A model generated the notes under the pieces. That model made no database searches. It saw only the letters and a program-made list of their open reading frames with translations, and had not been told where the DNA came from. Position numbers and translations under genes: made by a program. 44,961 bases of DNA from Dehalococcoidia bacterium (lineage in GTDB: Bacteria; Chloroflexota; Dehalococcoidia; CAUJGQ01). The stretch is taken from contig JBBQJF010000003.1 in NCBI GenBank assembly GCA_038325665.1, forward strand, positions 1 through 44,961. Reading direction: 5' to 3'. The first letter of the stretch is position 1. The number at the start of each line of letters is the position of its first letter. Positions 10,152 to 19,510 of the stretch are shown one piece after another.

Positions 10152-10352
10152 TCAAGACGCCTTTCGCCGGCCGCTTAAGGCGCCTAGCAGCGGGGAACCG
10201 GCTCCGATCAGGAAGCCAAAGTCGTACCAGTTTCCACTTCTGGTCATGTTGTACACGGGGAAACCAGACCACTGTCCAAATACATGGGCGATCAGGACGA
10301 CCCACGCGGAAAGGCCGTTCCACACGCCCCACAAGAGATCCTGCCACCACAT
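10152..10352 (-). CDS. Small hypothetical membrane protein
   Basis: MWWQDLLWGVWNGLSAWVVLIAHVFG...VYNMTRSGNWYDFGFLIGAG; Trp-rich and protein-like, GGAG RBS before ATG 10352. Confidence 0.7.
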   Translation of the reverse strand: MWWQDLLWGVWNGLSAWVVLIAHVFGQWSGFPVYNMTRSGNWYDFGFLIGAGSPLLGALSGRRKAS

Positions 10353-10469
10353 ATCGCGACTCCATTCCTCGTCCACCGCCTGCCGCCGTCACTGCCGCGA
10401 AGCCACCGACAGCCACCAGCGCCGCGCGGGCACGGACGCTCCACATCTGTACACCCCTTCCAACAACAA

Positions 10470-11222
10470 TCACATTGCCGCCGGCCGGCCACTCGTCTCG
10501 CGTTCACGACCCAGCCGGAAGAGTACGAAGCCGATCGCGATGAACCAGGCGAACAGAAGCAGACCGTACACGATATAGCCCAGGCCCAGAATGGGTCTGA
10601 ACGCCTCACTCACAGTGCCCAGCGCACCGGTAACGATGCCCAGATAGACAACACCCCTGGAGAAGACCCCCTTCAGCATGACCAGCGAGACGATCAGGAT
10701 GCCAATCGGTTCCAAGATGCCGACCGCCGTCGGGATCGCGTTCTGCGCGATAAACCCCTCGGCCGCCGCCGCGAAGGCGGCGCGTCCCGCGTCGGAGGTG
10801 GCGGCCATGTAGTGATCGCTGAGGTACACGAGCGCCGGCGCGCCGCCGCCGGTGGCCGGATAGACCAGCGTAAGCGCCCAAGAGGCGATGCCGAGGACGG
10901 CCCCGATAGCGGCGTAGCTCGTGTTTAGGTGCTTGAGCGCCGGGTAGAGCGCCAGGAAGACGACCATGAGCAGGACGCTGGGGGCCAGCCACAGCACCTG
11001 TTCCAGAATGTAGACCGACCGATGCGCGGCAATGTATTCGAGGGTCGCGACCCCACCCGATGCCGGCGCCTCCGGCACGGTGAAAGTCACCACGGTCGCG
11101 ATGACATAGCAGACGGTCGCGAGCAGCGCAGATACGCCTCCCGCCCGGTAGAGATCGCTCCATGACGGATCCGGGCTGGTCGCGGCCGCTCCCGGTGGCG
11201 TCGAAACACGCACGTTCTTCAT
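10470..11222 (-). CDS. Multi-pass membrane protein, DUF4386-like
   Basis: About 6 TM helices; VFLALYPALKHLN pattern typical of DUF4386; start uncertain (11222 or 11255). Confidence 0.75.
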   Translation of the reverse strand: MKNVRVSTPPGAAATSPDPSWSDLYRAGGVSALLATVCYVIATVVTFTVPEAPASGGVATLEYIAAHRSVYILEQVLWLAPSVLLMVVFLALYPALKHLNTSYAAIGAVLGIASWALTLVYPATGGGAPALVYLSDHYMAATSDAGRAAFAAAAEGFIAQNAIPTAVGILEPIGILIVSLVMLKGVFSRGVVYLGIVTGALGTVSEAFRPILGLGYIVYGLLLFAWFIAIGFVLFRLGRERETSGRPAAM

Positions 11223-11287
11223 ACTCACAGCCTCATTCCCCGCGTCCGTGCTCACATGGGTCCTAGCCCAGGGCGCCTGGAAATGTC

Positions 11288-11393
11288 ACCGCACTGGTGA
11301 AGAGGTCCAGGCCAGTCACCGCACTCGCGCTTTATCTGCGCGATGCCCTCCGCGCCCGACCGCACTGGTGAAGAGGTCCAGACCAGTCACCGC
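11288..11393. repeat. 35-bp direct repeat pair separated by a 36-bp spacer
   Basis: ACCGCACTGGTGAAGAGGTCCAG(G/A)CCAGTCACCGC at 11288-11322 and 11359-11393, one mismatch. Confidence 0.9.
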
Positions 11394-11589
11394 GCCGATG
11401 ACGCCTTCTCCGGCCAACACATGACCCTGCCCATCCCAGAAATGGTGAGCGGATACCGCGACAACGGCGCCATCCTATCTCACCCGCCTCCCGAGGCTGC
11501 CGCGCGAGGCGCCTCTCCGCGAGTTGCTATTGTCCTTCCGGAAAGGTGCTCTGAGAAGGCTCGCACACGATGCGCGGTGTTCGGCCCGG

Positions 11590-11943
11590 TCATCGGCGTA
11601 CCGTGACCGGACTGGCAGTCGCGAGGGGCAATTCGTCGGGATGCATATACACCGGACAGCCCCACCCCCGCGCCAGATCGAGGGCTGAACCCGCGTGATC
11701 GGGATGGTCGTGCGTCAGTAGGATCGACGCCGGAGCCGTGTCCGCCCCAAACATCATCGCCGCGGTCTGTCGGATAGACCGGTCGCAACCCGTCGATGCG
11801 GCATCGATCAACACCCACGACGATCCGGCCTGCACGAAATACACGTTGGACCGGGTGAACCCGTTCCCGACCTCCATGGACGACACGCCCGGAGCGATCT
11901 CGCGGAACAGGCCCGCGCCGGTATTCTTTTGTTCGCCTGCCAT
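11590..11943 (-). pseudogene. Truncated MBL-fold metallo-hydrolase
   Basis: SNVYFV, WVLIDAA, LLTHDHPDHAGSA, PVYMHPDE present; stops at 117 aa without the C-terminal HTPGH/GD motifs; AGGAG RBS. Confidence 0.75.
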
Positions 11944-12136
11944 CACGTTATCTCCTGGAAGTGACGGAGAAGAGACGGACCGCCGCGAGCCGGTGTATGA
12001 GCGGTGGCCGTCACGCTTCGGCATCCTGCCGCGCCGCTGGACAGCGACCTGGCGCTCGTGGATTGGCACCCGTACGCTCGGCTCACGCGCGCTCCGGCGA
12101 TAATGGGCTTCACGGCCTGGTCAAACACGCGCGCTC

Positions 12137-12628
12137 CTACCCCGACACAACCGGATCAGGTATCAGCCGAATCAGCGGGATCCTTCGACTGGTACGCTTC
12201 GGGTAGCTCGCATAGGTGGGATCGACCTGCAGCACACATGGCCAGAACGCGGCTGCCTCCTCGACCGACAGCTCTTCGGCCCGCACCCGAAGCGTTCGAT
12301 CCATGACCTCGACCCGTGCGCGTGGGTCGGCCGTCAGGTTAAGGTACCACGCGGGCGGCGACGGTAACCCGCTGTTGGCGGCCACGACAATCATGTGGTC
12401 GCCGTCAGGGAAGAATTGCAGCGGAACCGTGCGCTCACGCCCGGACCTACGGCCGCGGGTGGTGAGGAGCAGCACCTGCCGGCCCAACCACCCGGTGATC
12501 CGGCCGCGCGTCAGGCGGTACAGACGCGCCGTGAGTCCGATCGATCGCGTGTCCGCCTCGTGTTCCACGCGCGTCTTGATCCGTTCCATCAAGGGCAACG
12601 GCCGAGTGCCGCGGTCGGTGTCGGTCAT
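12137..12628 (-). CDS. Nitroreductase family deazaflavin-dependent oxidoreductase (DDN)
   Basis: LLLTTRGRRSGRERTVPL, VAANSG..PAWYLNL.ADP, Y..Y...TSRRIPLIRL. Confidence 0.9.
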   Translation of the reverse strand: MTDTDRGTRPLPLMERIKTRVEHEADTRSIGLTARLYRLTRGRITGWLGRQVLLLTTRGRRSGRERTVPLQFFPDGDHMIVVAANSGLPSPPAWYLNLTADPRARVEVMDRTLRVRAEELSVEEAAAFWPCVLQVDPTYASYPKRTSRRIPLIRLIPDPVVSG

Positions 12629-12732
12629 CGTCGTACTCCCTCGCTCGCGCCGGAAGGCGCGGATTGCCGCGCCGGCGTCATCAAGTGCCGGGTAGCCGAG
12701 ATCGGCCGCGAGCGGTCTCGGTGGGATTTCGC

Positions 12733-13470
12733 TCACGAGGGCAATCGCGTGGTATCAGCCGGCCACCGGCTGTCGTACGCGAATCCCGTCACCAGCGCCA
12801 GGATCAGGAACCCGAACACGGACGCGATCAACGCGTACAGCAGCGCCGAGGGAACCGCGTTCACACCGAAGACGTACGCGATAAGCACCGATCCGGGAAG
12901 CAGCAACAGCCAGGCGACCACGTCGATGCCGAACGCCCATGGCCACAGCGCGGCGAGAACACGCCGGGTACCACCGGAACGCTCGGTTCGCGCCGACGCC
13001 AACAACGCGTTGGTCCTGATCGCGGCGATACCGAGCACAATTCCGACGAGCGGCGGCCCGAACCCTCCCCCGAACAGGAGCATGACGATGGACAGCAAGA
13101 TCATGACCAGCCCACCATGCCGCCGCCGCGCGAACAGAATTGCCCACGCGAGGAACACCAGCGACGAGAGGATGGCGAGGATGCCGGTCGCCAGGAGATT
13201 GGGAACCACCGTCATGGCCGGTTCGCCGCCCAAGACCTGAAATGCCTCCACATCGGGCCAGGAGGTGAACGCGATCGCGGCAGGGGCCACGTTCCCTTGG
13301 AGAACTTCCCCGATACCGTGCTCGATGCCGCCCAACGCCGCCACCGTGGCGATCGTCGAGATGGTGAGTGTCATCGCGCTCTTGACACGCCGCCTGGTAC
13401 TACGTCCATCCGCGGCCGGCGCGTCGGGAGATAAGGGTCGGTGCGTGGTGGGTGAGATTGGTATCGTCAT
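12733..13470 (-). CDS. Hypothetical multi-pass membrane protein
   Basis: Hydrophobic helices, GIEHGIGEVLQGN and EPAMTVVPN motifs; GGAG RBS before ATG 13470. Confidence 0.75.
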   Translation of the reverse strand: MTIPISPTTHRPLSPDAPAADGRSTRRRVKSAMTLTISTIATVAALGGIEHGIGEVLQGNVAPAAIAFTSWPDVEAFQVLGGEPAMTVVPNLLATGILAILSSLVFLAWAILFARRRHGGLVMILLSIVMLLFGGGFGPPLVGIVLGIAAIRTNALLASARTERSGGTRRVLAALWPWAFGIDVVAWLLLLPGSVLIAYVFGVNAVPSALLYALIASVFGFLILALVTGFAYDSRWPADTTRLPS

Positions 13471-13562
13471 GACACTCCACCTCGGTTGACGAACGTGGGG
13501 ACCGATGATGTGGCGCGACGCGATCACGCCGTTGTCGGTCAGATACCTTCGCTCCAGCCCGC

Positions 13563-14105
13563 TCAGCGTCCGCCTGGCGGTAACGCGGCCAGATCCCGCG
13601 CGATGGCGTCGCACCAGGTATCGATCTCCTGCCAGTCGCGGAAGTCACCCTCGGGCAGCAGGGCGCGACCGGCGGGCAAGGCTCTGATCAGCCGGTCACG
13701 CACGCCGAGCGTGCCCGGGTCCAGCGCGCCGAAGAACACCCGGTGCTCCCTGGGGAGGATCGCCTCCTGGAGTTCGGCGATCTCCTTGGGTTCGGCCGCG
13801 GCGCGCACGTCATTGCCCCGCGCGTCGAGGGCTTCCGTGCCGAGCGGGCCGCTACTGAACAGCCATACCGGCCGGCCCGTGAGAAGCGTGTGGTGTCGCC
13901 GCACGAACTCGGTCGCTTCTGTCTGCCAGTGTCCGAGGTAGGTGGCGCTGCCGATCACGAAGGCGTCATAGGCGGCCAGATCGCCCACGGAGCTGACCGG
14001 CCGCGCCTCCGCCGCGTGTCCGGCCGGCTCCAGACGCAGGGCAATGCGCTCCGCGATGGCGCGCGTGCTGCCGTGCTTGCTCGCATATGCGACGAGGATC
14101 TTCAT
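13563..14105 (-). CDS. Flavodoxin domain protein (Flavodoxin_5/HemG-like)
   Basis: MKILVAYASKHGSTRAIA, IGSATY, WLFSSGP, GDFRDW; AGGAGG RBS. Confidence 0.9.
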   Translation of the reverse strand: MKILVAYASKHGSTRAIAERIALRLEPAGHAAEARPVSSVGDLAAYDAFVIGSATYLGHWQTEATEFVRRHHTLLTGRPVWLFSSGPLGTEALDARGNDVRAAAEPKEIAELQEAILPREHRVFFGALDPGTLGVRDRLIRALPAGRALLPEGDFRDWQEIDTWCDAIARDLAALPPGGR

Positions 14106-14172
14106 GGCGTGCCTCCTGTCGTTGCTCGGATCAACGCGTCCACTGACCACTACCCACACGTCCGCTGCACGG

Positions 14173-15135
14173 TCATACGCCGCGGGCAGCAGCACGCCCG
14201 CCGGCCGCGGCGTGTCGCATCAGCGCCAGTGGCGCGACACAGACCGCGCTGAAGCCGAGGAGCGCGACGACGGTGGCGACATCAATCGCCGATGAGGTGA
14301 GGACGGCATGCAGCGCCATATTGGCCACGAGCGCGAGGGGTGTCAGGCCGAACTGAAGCAGCAGCCCCGCACCGGTCACGTAGCCCAGCGGGCGACGCCG
14401 CCACAGCAGCACACCGCCGACGAGCACCGCCGGGATTTCCACCGCCAGATCAGCGATCCACACGGAGCGCCCGACCGGGTCGTTCGGCGCGTTTCCCGCG
14501 AGCGCGGTAGCGATCGCGCCGCCGCCGTCCTGCCCAATCGTCAGCACGGCAAGGCCCACGAGGATGCCGCCGGCAATCCGCGCCGGCGCCGCGCCGCCAA
14601 GCCGCTGCCGCACCTCTTTGCCATCAATGCGCGCCACGACGCCGATGGTCGTGTAGGCGCTCAGCGCGACAAGGACGACGTACGCCAGGAACATCCCGCT
14701 GAAGGGCGCGCCGATTAGGTAGATCGCGTACGTGTACACCACGTAGAACAGGACACCCGGCCACATGAGCAGCCCGATCAGCGAGCCGCGGCGGGCCAGC
14801 CACACCGCACCGAGCAGGAGGGGCACTGCCACGACGAGGTTGAACACGTCATGCCCCAGAAATTCAGGCACGAGCAGCCCTGCCGTGGCCTTGGTCACGC
14901 CCACCGCGACATCCGTCTCAACGCCGTACGCACGTTCGGACCCCACCGCCATGGCAGCGATGGAGACACCGACCATGAGAGCGGCAATAAAAAGTGAGGC
15001 CGCGTACGCGAGCGTGAGGCCGCCGGTGAGTGGCAGACGGACAAGCGATTCGGCGGTTCTGGACATCCGTGCGGTGGACACGCGCCCGCTCGTCAGGACG
15101 CCGAATTGTTGGAATTCGGTGGTCCTGAGATTCAT
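14173..15135 (-). CDS. Hypothetical multi-pass membrane protein
   Basis: About 8 TM segments; AGGAGG RBS before ATG 15135. Confidence 0.75.
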   Translation of the reverse strand: MNLRTTEFQQFGVLTSGRVSTARMSRTAESLVRLPLTGGLTLAYAASLFIAALMVGVSIAAMAVGSERAYGVETDVAVGVTKATAGLLVPEFLGHDVFNLVVAVPLLLGAVWLARRGSLIGLLMWPGVLFYVVYTYAIYLIGAPFSGMFLAYVVLVALSAYTTIGVVARIDGKEVRQRLGGAAPARIAGGILVGLAVLTIGQDGGGAIATALAGNAPNDPVGRSVWIADLAVEIPAVLVGGVLLWRRRPLGYVTGAGLLLQFGLTPLALVANMALHAVLTSSAIDVATVVALLGFSAVCVAPLALMRHAAAGGRAAARGV

Positions 15136-15174
15136 GGGAGAACCTCCTGACGGCCCGTCGTCGCCATTGATCAC

Positions 15175-16131
15175 TCAGTGACTCGGGACGCGGTCCCGCG
15201 TGTCGGCGGCCGCGTCCCGATCGGCGGCCGCGACGGCCGGCGGACGAATGAGCAAAACCGGCGCCCCGGCGCGCACCATCCGGTCGGCCACACTGCCCAG
15301 AACCAGCCGGCGCAGGCCACCCCATCCATGGGTCGTCATGACCGTGAGATCCATCCCATCGTTCCGCGCCAGATCCACCAACATCTCCGCGGGCGATCCT
15401 CGCAGAACGATTCGCTCGAACCGGGTGCCGCGCGGCATCCGACCTTGTACCTCTTCGAGGTACGCCTCGGCAGCGGCGGCGGCATCCTCGTCGAACCGGC
15501 CGATGTCTGGAAGATAGCCGTACGGCGCGATGCGAGCGGCGACCCACGGCTCGACCCGCGCCAGCGTCAGGCTCGCGCCCAAGGCTTGGGCGAGCGCGGC
15601 GGCAGGGGCGAGCGCCCCCTCGGCCAGGGCTGACCCATCGAGCGGCACCATCAGCCGTCGCAACGTCAGCGCTCCCTCGGTGGGTACGGCGTCAGGTCGG
15701 ACCAGCAGCGTCGGGTTGGCCGCGAGGCGCATCACCTTATCCGCCACGCTGCCGATCAGCAGCCGGTCCAGGCCGCCACGGCCGTGGGTCGCCATCACGA
15801 TCATCGCGGATTCGTGTTCGCCGGCGGCCACCGCGACGATCACGCTGACCGGGTCACCCTCCTCGACGGTGATGGAGACGGACGCGCCCCGGTCGCGCAC
15901 GCCGGCCGCCGTCACGTTTAGATACTGCTCAATGATCTCGCGACGTCGCTGCTCCAGGTGTGGCGCCACATCCGCCGGGACTCCAAGCAGCCCGGTCGAC
16001 ACGCGCTCGGCGACACCCAGCAGCCGGATCGATGCGCCGGTCGCCCGCGCGATCGCCTCCGCGTACGGCAGCACCGCCTCCGCGGCGGGTGAACAGTCCA
16101 AAGGTACGAGAATTGTTGACACCATCATCAC
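15175..16131 (-). CDS. Universal stress protein (tandem two-domain)
   Basis: Two USP repeats: ILVPLDCS...MATHGRGG..IGSVADKV and LMVPLDGS...MTTHGWGG..LGSVADRM. Confidence 0.93.
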   Translation of the reverse strand: MMMVSTILVPLDCSPAAEAVLPYAEAIARATGASIRLLGVAERVSTGLLGVPADVAPHLEQRRREIIEQYLNVTAAGVRDRGASVSITVEEGDPVSVIVAVAAGEHESAMIVMATHGRGGLDRLLIGSVADKVMRLAANPTLLVRPDAVPTEGALTLRRLMVPLDGSALAEGALAPAAALAQALGASLTLARVEPWVAARIAPYGYLPDIGRFDEDAAAAAEAYLEEVQGRMPRGTRFERIVLRGSPAEMLVDLARNDGMDLTVMTTHGWGGLRRLVLGSVADRMVRAGAPVLLIRPPAVAAADRDAAADTRDRVPSH

Positions 16132-16192
16132 GCGACTCCTCCCCGCCGGTGCGGCCCCGGGCCGCGAACAAGGCGCTCAGCTTGTCGCTCTC

Positions 16193-16228
16193 AGTCTTGG
16201 ATATGTGGCTGCCGTTGTCTGTCAGGCA
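16193..16228 (-). promoter_or_regulatory. Island promoter motif copy 5 (TGCCTGACAGAC-N18-AAGACT)
   Basis: Perfect 12-mer at 16228-16217, upstream of the USP-led minus-strand gene run. Confidence 0.7.
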
Positions 16229-16512
16229 AGTACACCATACGGCCGCGGGGCAACGCCCCAAGCAGCCGGCAGCCCAAATCTCCGGGCGGCGCCTGACTTT
16301 GTTGCCCGCGACGTGACGACGGGCGGCAGCGTGCCGAACAGCCCGCGTGGGCCGCGCCGCACACGCGCGCCGGCGTCCACATGCATACCGGGGCGGCGCG
16401 GTTCAGTGATCGACCGGGGGAGTCGCGCCGGAGGCGGTCGGGCGCTATCACGGAGTGCGCGGTCACCGGCGGGGAGCCGCTGCGCCAGGGGGCGCGATTT
16501 CAGTTATGCTAT

Positions 16513-16560
16513 CAAGGCGCGGACGCGAGTCACGACCAAGGCGCGGACGCGAGTCACGAC
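16513..16560. repeat. Perfect 24-bp tandem duplication
   Basis: CAAGGCGCGGACGCGAGTCACGAC x2, just after a -10-like TATGCT (16505-16510). Confidence 0.9.
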
Positions 16561-16743
16561 CGCACACGCGCGGCCGCGGTCGTCGCGCCCGCGGGAAGAC
16601 CGGTCACTCTCCGCGTTCCTCGACCCCGGCCGCGACGGCGGCGGCGCACGGTCGCACGTACGCCCAGACGGATGACGGTGCGGCCGTGTGCGCGTTGCAC
16701 CACGCGGACGGATACGCGGACATGAATCGCGAGGCAGGTCGCG

Positions 16744-18309
16744 ATGAGCACGGTTGATCCCGATGCGAGCACCGATACGCATTTCCGCGGTTTGCTGGAG
16801 ACGGCGCCCGACGCGGTGGTGATCACCGACGAGGATGGACGCATCATGCTCGTCAACGGCCAGACGGAGCGGATGTTCGGCTACAGCCGCGACGAATTGC
16901 TCGGACGCTCGGTCGATGTGCTGCTCCCGGAACGGTTCCAAGGGACGCATTCCGGCCATCGCCAGGGCTACGCTGCCAACCCCCATACCCGGCCGATGGG
17001 TATAGGGCTGGACTTGTACGCCCGGCGACGGGATGGCGTCGAGGTTCCCGTCGAGATCAGCCTCAGTCCGATGCGCGAGGGCGACCGGCTGTTCGTCACC
17101 AGCATCATCCGTGACATTACCCTACGCCGGCAGACAGAAGGCGCGCTCAAGCAGGCGCGGGCGGAGGCCGAGGCCGCCAACCGCGCCAAGAGTGAGTTCC
17201 TCTCGCGGATGAGTCATGAGCTTCGCACCCCACTGAACGCGATCCTCGGATTCGGCCAGCTCCTCGAGTTGGACTTGACTGAACCCACGCAGCGCAAGCA
17301 CGTCGAGCGCATTCTCAAGGGTGGGCGCCACCTACTCGACTTGATAAACGAGGTGCTGGACATCGCCCGAATCGAGACCGGTCAGCTGCAGCTCTCGCGC
17401 GAGCCGGTGCGAATGAGCGATGCGCTGCGTGAGGCGCTCGACCTTGTTCGACCGATGGCGGCCGAGCGCGCCATCCAGCTCGGCACGGATGCGCTGGACA
17501 TCTGCGACCAGCATGTGATGGCCGACCGGCAGCGACTGACCCAAGTGCTGCTCAATCTCGTCGCCAACGCGGTCAAGTACAATCGCCCCGGCGGTACGGT
17601 CACCGTCTCCTGCGCGGCGGCGCCGGGGGGGCGGCTACGGATGGAGATCCGCGACACCGGACCCGGCATCCCGGCGGAGCGGCAATCACGACTATTCGCG
17701 CCGTTCGACCGGCTAGGCGCGGAGACGAGCGGTATCGAGGGCACCGGCCTGGGGCTGGCCCTTTCAAAGGGATTGACGGAGGCGATGGGCGGCGCCATCG
17801 GCGTCGAGAGCCGCGCCGGGGAGGGTAGCGCCTTCTGGGTCGAGCTGGACGCCGCAGAGCGTCGCACGGCTCCGGACGCGGGATTGCCCGGCGGATTGAG
17901 GCGGCCCCAGGAAACGGCCGGGGACAACGCCAGCCACACGATCCTGTATATCGAGGACAACCTCTCCAATTTGGAGCTGATCGAGGGCATCCTCGCCCGC
18001 TGGCCCGGTACCAACTTGCTCGCGGCGATGCAGGGGCGGCTGGGAATCGAGCTGGCGCGCAAGCATCGCCCCGACCTGATCTTGCTCGACCTACATCTGC
18101 CGGACGTGTCGGGCAGCGAGGTACTCGCCGTACTGCGCGATGACCCGGTGACACGGGCGATACCGGTCGTGATGATCACCGCCGACGCCACTCCGGGCCA
18201 GAGGGAGCGGCTGCTGGAGGCCGGCGCCCACAGCTATCTCACCAAGCCGCTCGACATCTCCCGGTTCCTCACCGTCGTGCGCGAGGCGCTGGAAGGAGGA
18301 GAGCGGTAG
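16744..18309 (+). CDS. PAS-domain hybrid sensor histidine kinase (PAS-HisKA-HATPase-REC)
   Basis: PAS (FGYSRDELLG..HTRPMG), SRMSHELRTPLN, NAVKYN, DTGPGI, GTGLGL, C-terminal REC (ILYIEDN, ILLDLHLP, YLTKP); no TM. Confidence 0.95.
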   Translation: MSTVDPDASTDTHFRGLLETAPDAVVITDEDGRIMLVNGQTERMFGYSRDELLGRSVDVLLPERFQGTHSGHRQGYAANPHTRPMGIGLDLYARRRDGVEVPVEISLSPMREGDRLFVTSIIRDITLRRQTEGALKQARAEAEAANRAKSEFLSRMSHELRTPLNAILGFGQLLELDLTEPTQRKHVERILKGGRHLLDLINEVLDIARIETGQLQLSREPVRMSDALREALDLVRPMAAERAIQLGTDALDICDQHVMADRQRLTQVLLNLVANAVKYNRPGGTVTVSCAAAPGGRLRMEIRDTGPGIPAERQSRLFAPFDRLGAETSGIEGTGLGLALSKGLTEAMGGAIGVESRAGEGSAFWVELDAAERRTAPDAGLPGGLRRPQETAGDNASHTILYIEDNLSNLELIEGILARWPGTNLLAAMQGRLGIELARKHRPDLILLDLHLPDVSGSEVLAVLRDDPVTRAIPVVMITADATPGQRERLLEAGAHSYLTKPLDISRFLTVVREALEGGER

Positions 18310-18312
18310 ACG

Positions 18313-19485
18313 ATGGACATGAAGGCGCTGCACACGGCCCGCCTCCTGCTGGTGGACGACGAGGAGGTCAACGTCGAGTTGCTGGAACACATCCTCGCGC
18401 GGGCCGGATACACCGATATCGTGCGCACCACCGACCCGCGGCGTGTTCTGCCCCTGTTCCAGGCCCATTCGCCCGACCTAATCGTGCTCGATCTGTTCAT
18501 GCCGCACATGGACGGGTTCGCGGTAATGGCGCAACTCGCACCGCACATCCCCGAGGAGGACTATCTGCCGATCTTGGTGCTGACCGCCGATGTCACCCGC
18601 CAGGCGCGCGAGGGGGCGCTGTCGGCGGGGGCACGCGATTTCCTGACCAAGCCGTTTGACCAAGTCGAGCTGCTCCAGCGCATCACGAATCTGCTGCAGA
18701 CTCGGTTCCTCTACCGCCAGCTCCAGCAGCAGAACCAGGCGCTGGAACGTGTCTACCAGGAGGCGCGCGCCGCCCTGACGATGCGCGATGCGTCGTTATC
18801 GACGATCTCGCACGACCTTGGTCAGCCGCTGGCCGCGATTCGGGTGGCGGCGCGGGTGATGCGGAAGCAGGCAGGAGGGGTGGTGACGGCAGAGGCGACC
18901 GGCGAGCGGGCGGGACTCGTGGCCGGCATCAATGATGCGGTGACACGAATGTGGGCGATGCTGGGCGAGTTGCACGACCTCTCGCGCCTCCAGGCGGGTC
19001 GATCGCTCGACCTGGTTCTGCACCCGACAGACCTGGTCGCGCTCGTGCGCCGCGAGGCAGCCGAGCACGCCCCGGGGGCGACACACCATCACTTGACGGT
19101 CGAGGCCGCTGAACCCGAACTGGTTGGCGAATGGGACGAGCCACGGCTAGCGCGCGTGGTTTCTAACCTGCTCACCAACGCGATCATGTACAGCCCCGAC
19201 GGCGGCGACATCGCGATCGGCGTGACGCGCGAGCGGGGTAACGGAACACGGGCAGATCACGCCGTGCTCGTCGTCCGCGATCAGGGTGTGGGCATTCCGG
19301 CAGCCGACCTACCGCGGGTGTTCGAGTCATTCCACCGCGGCGCGAACGTGGCGGGGCGATTCGCGGGCGCCGGCATCGGGCTGGCGGGCGCGCGGCAGAT
19401 CGTGGAGCAGCACGGCGGCGCGATCACGATCACCAGCGAAGAAAGGGTGGGCACGACCGTCACGGTGCGATTGCCGCTGGAGTGA
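18313..19485 (+). CDS. Response regulator-histidine kinase hybrid (REC-HisKA-HATPase)
   Basis: LLVDDE, VLDLFMPHMDG, FLTKP; SHDLGQPL, NLLTNA, DQGVGI, GAGIGL. Confidence 0.93.
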   Translation: MDMKALHTARLLLVDDEEVNVELLEHILARAGYTDIVRTTDPRRVLPLFQAHSPDLIVLDLFMPHMDGFAVMAQLAPHIPEEDYLPILVLTADVTRQAREGALSAGARDFLTKPFDQVELLQRITNLLQTRFLYRQLQQQNQALERVYQEARAALTMRDASLSTISHDLGQPLAAIRVAARVMRKQAGGVVTAEATGERAGLVAGINDAVTRMWAMLGELHDLSRLQAGRSLDLVLHPTDLVALVRREAAEHAPGATHHHLTVEAAEPELVGEWDEPRLARVVSNLLTNAIMYSPDGGDIAIGVTRERGNGTRADHAVLVVRDQGVGIPAADLPRVFESFHRGANVAGRFAGAGIGLAGARQIVEQHGGAITITSEERVGTTVTVRLPLE

Positions 19486-19510
19486 CCGTGACCCACCAAC
19501 CACCCCGCGC

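Noticed and set aside
11288-11393. Formal CRISPR array call
   Set aside because: Only two repeats, no cas genes, no AT-rich leader, no typical GAAA(C/G) end; kept as an unexplained repeat
13563-14105. Assigning the symbol hemG
   Set aside because: The Flavodoxin_5 fold is clear, but there is no heme-biosynthesis context to support that function
15530-16675. 381-aa plus-strand ORF
   Set aside because: Antisense to the USP gene and runs through the promoter region; low complexity
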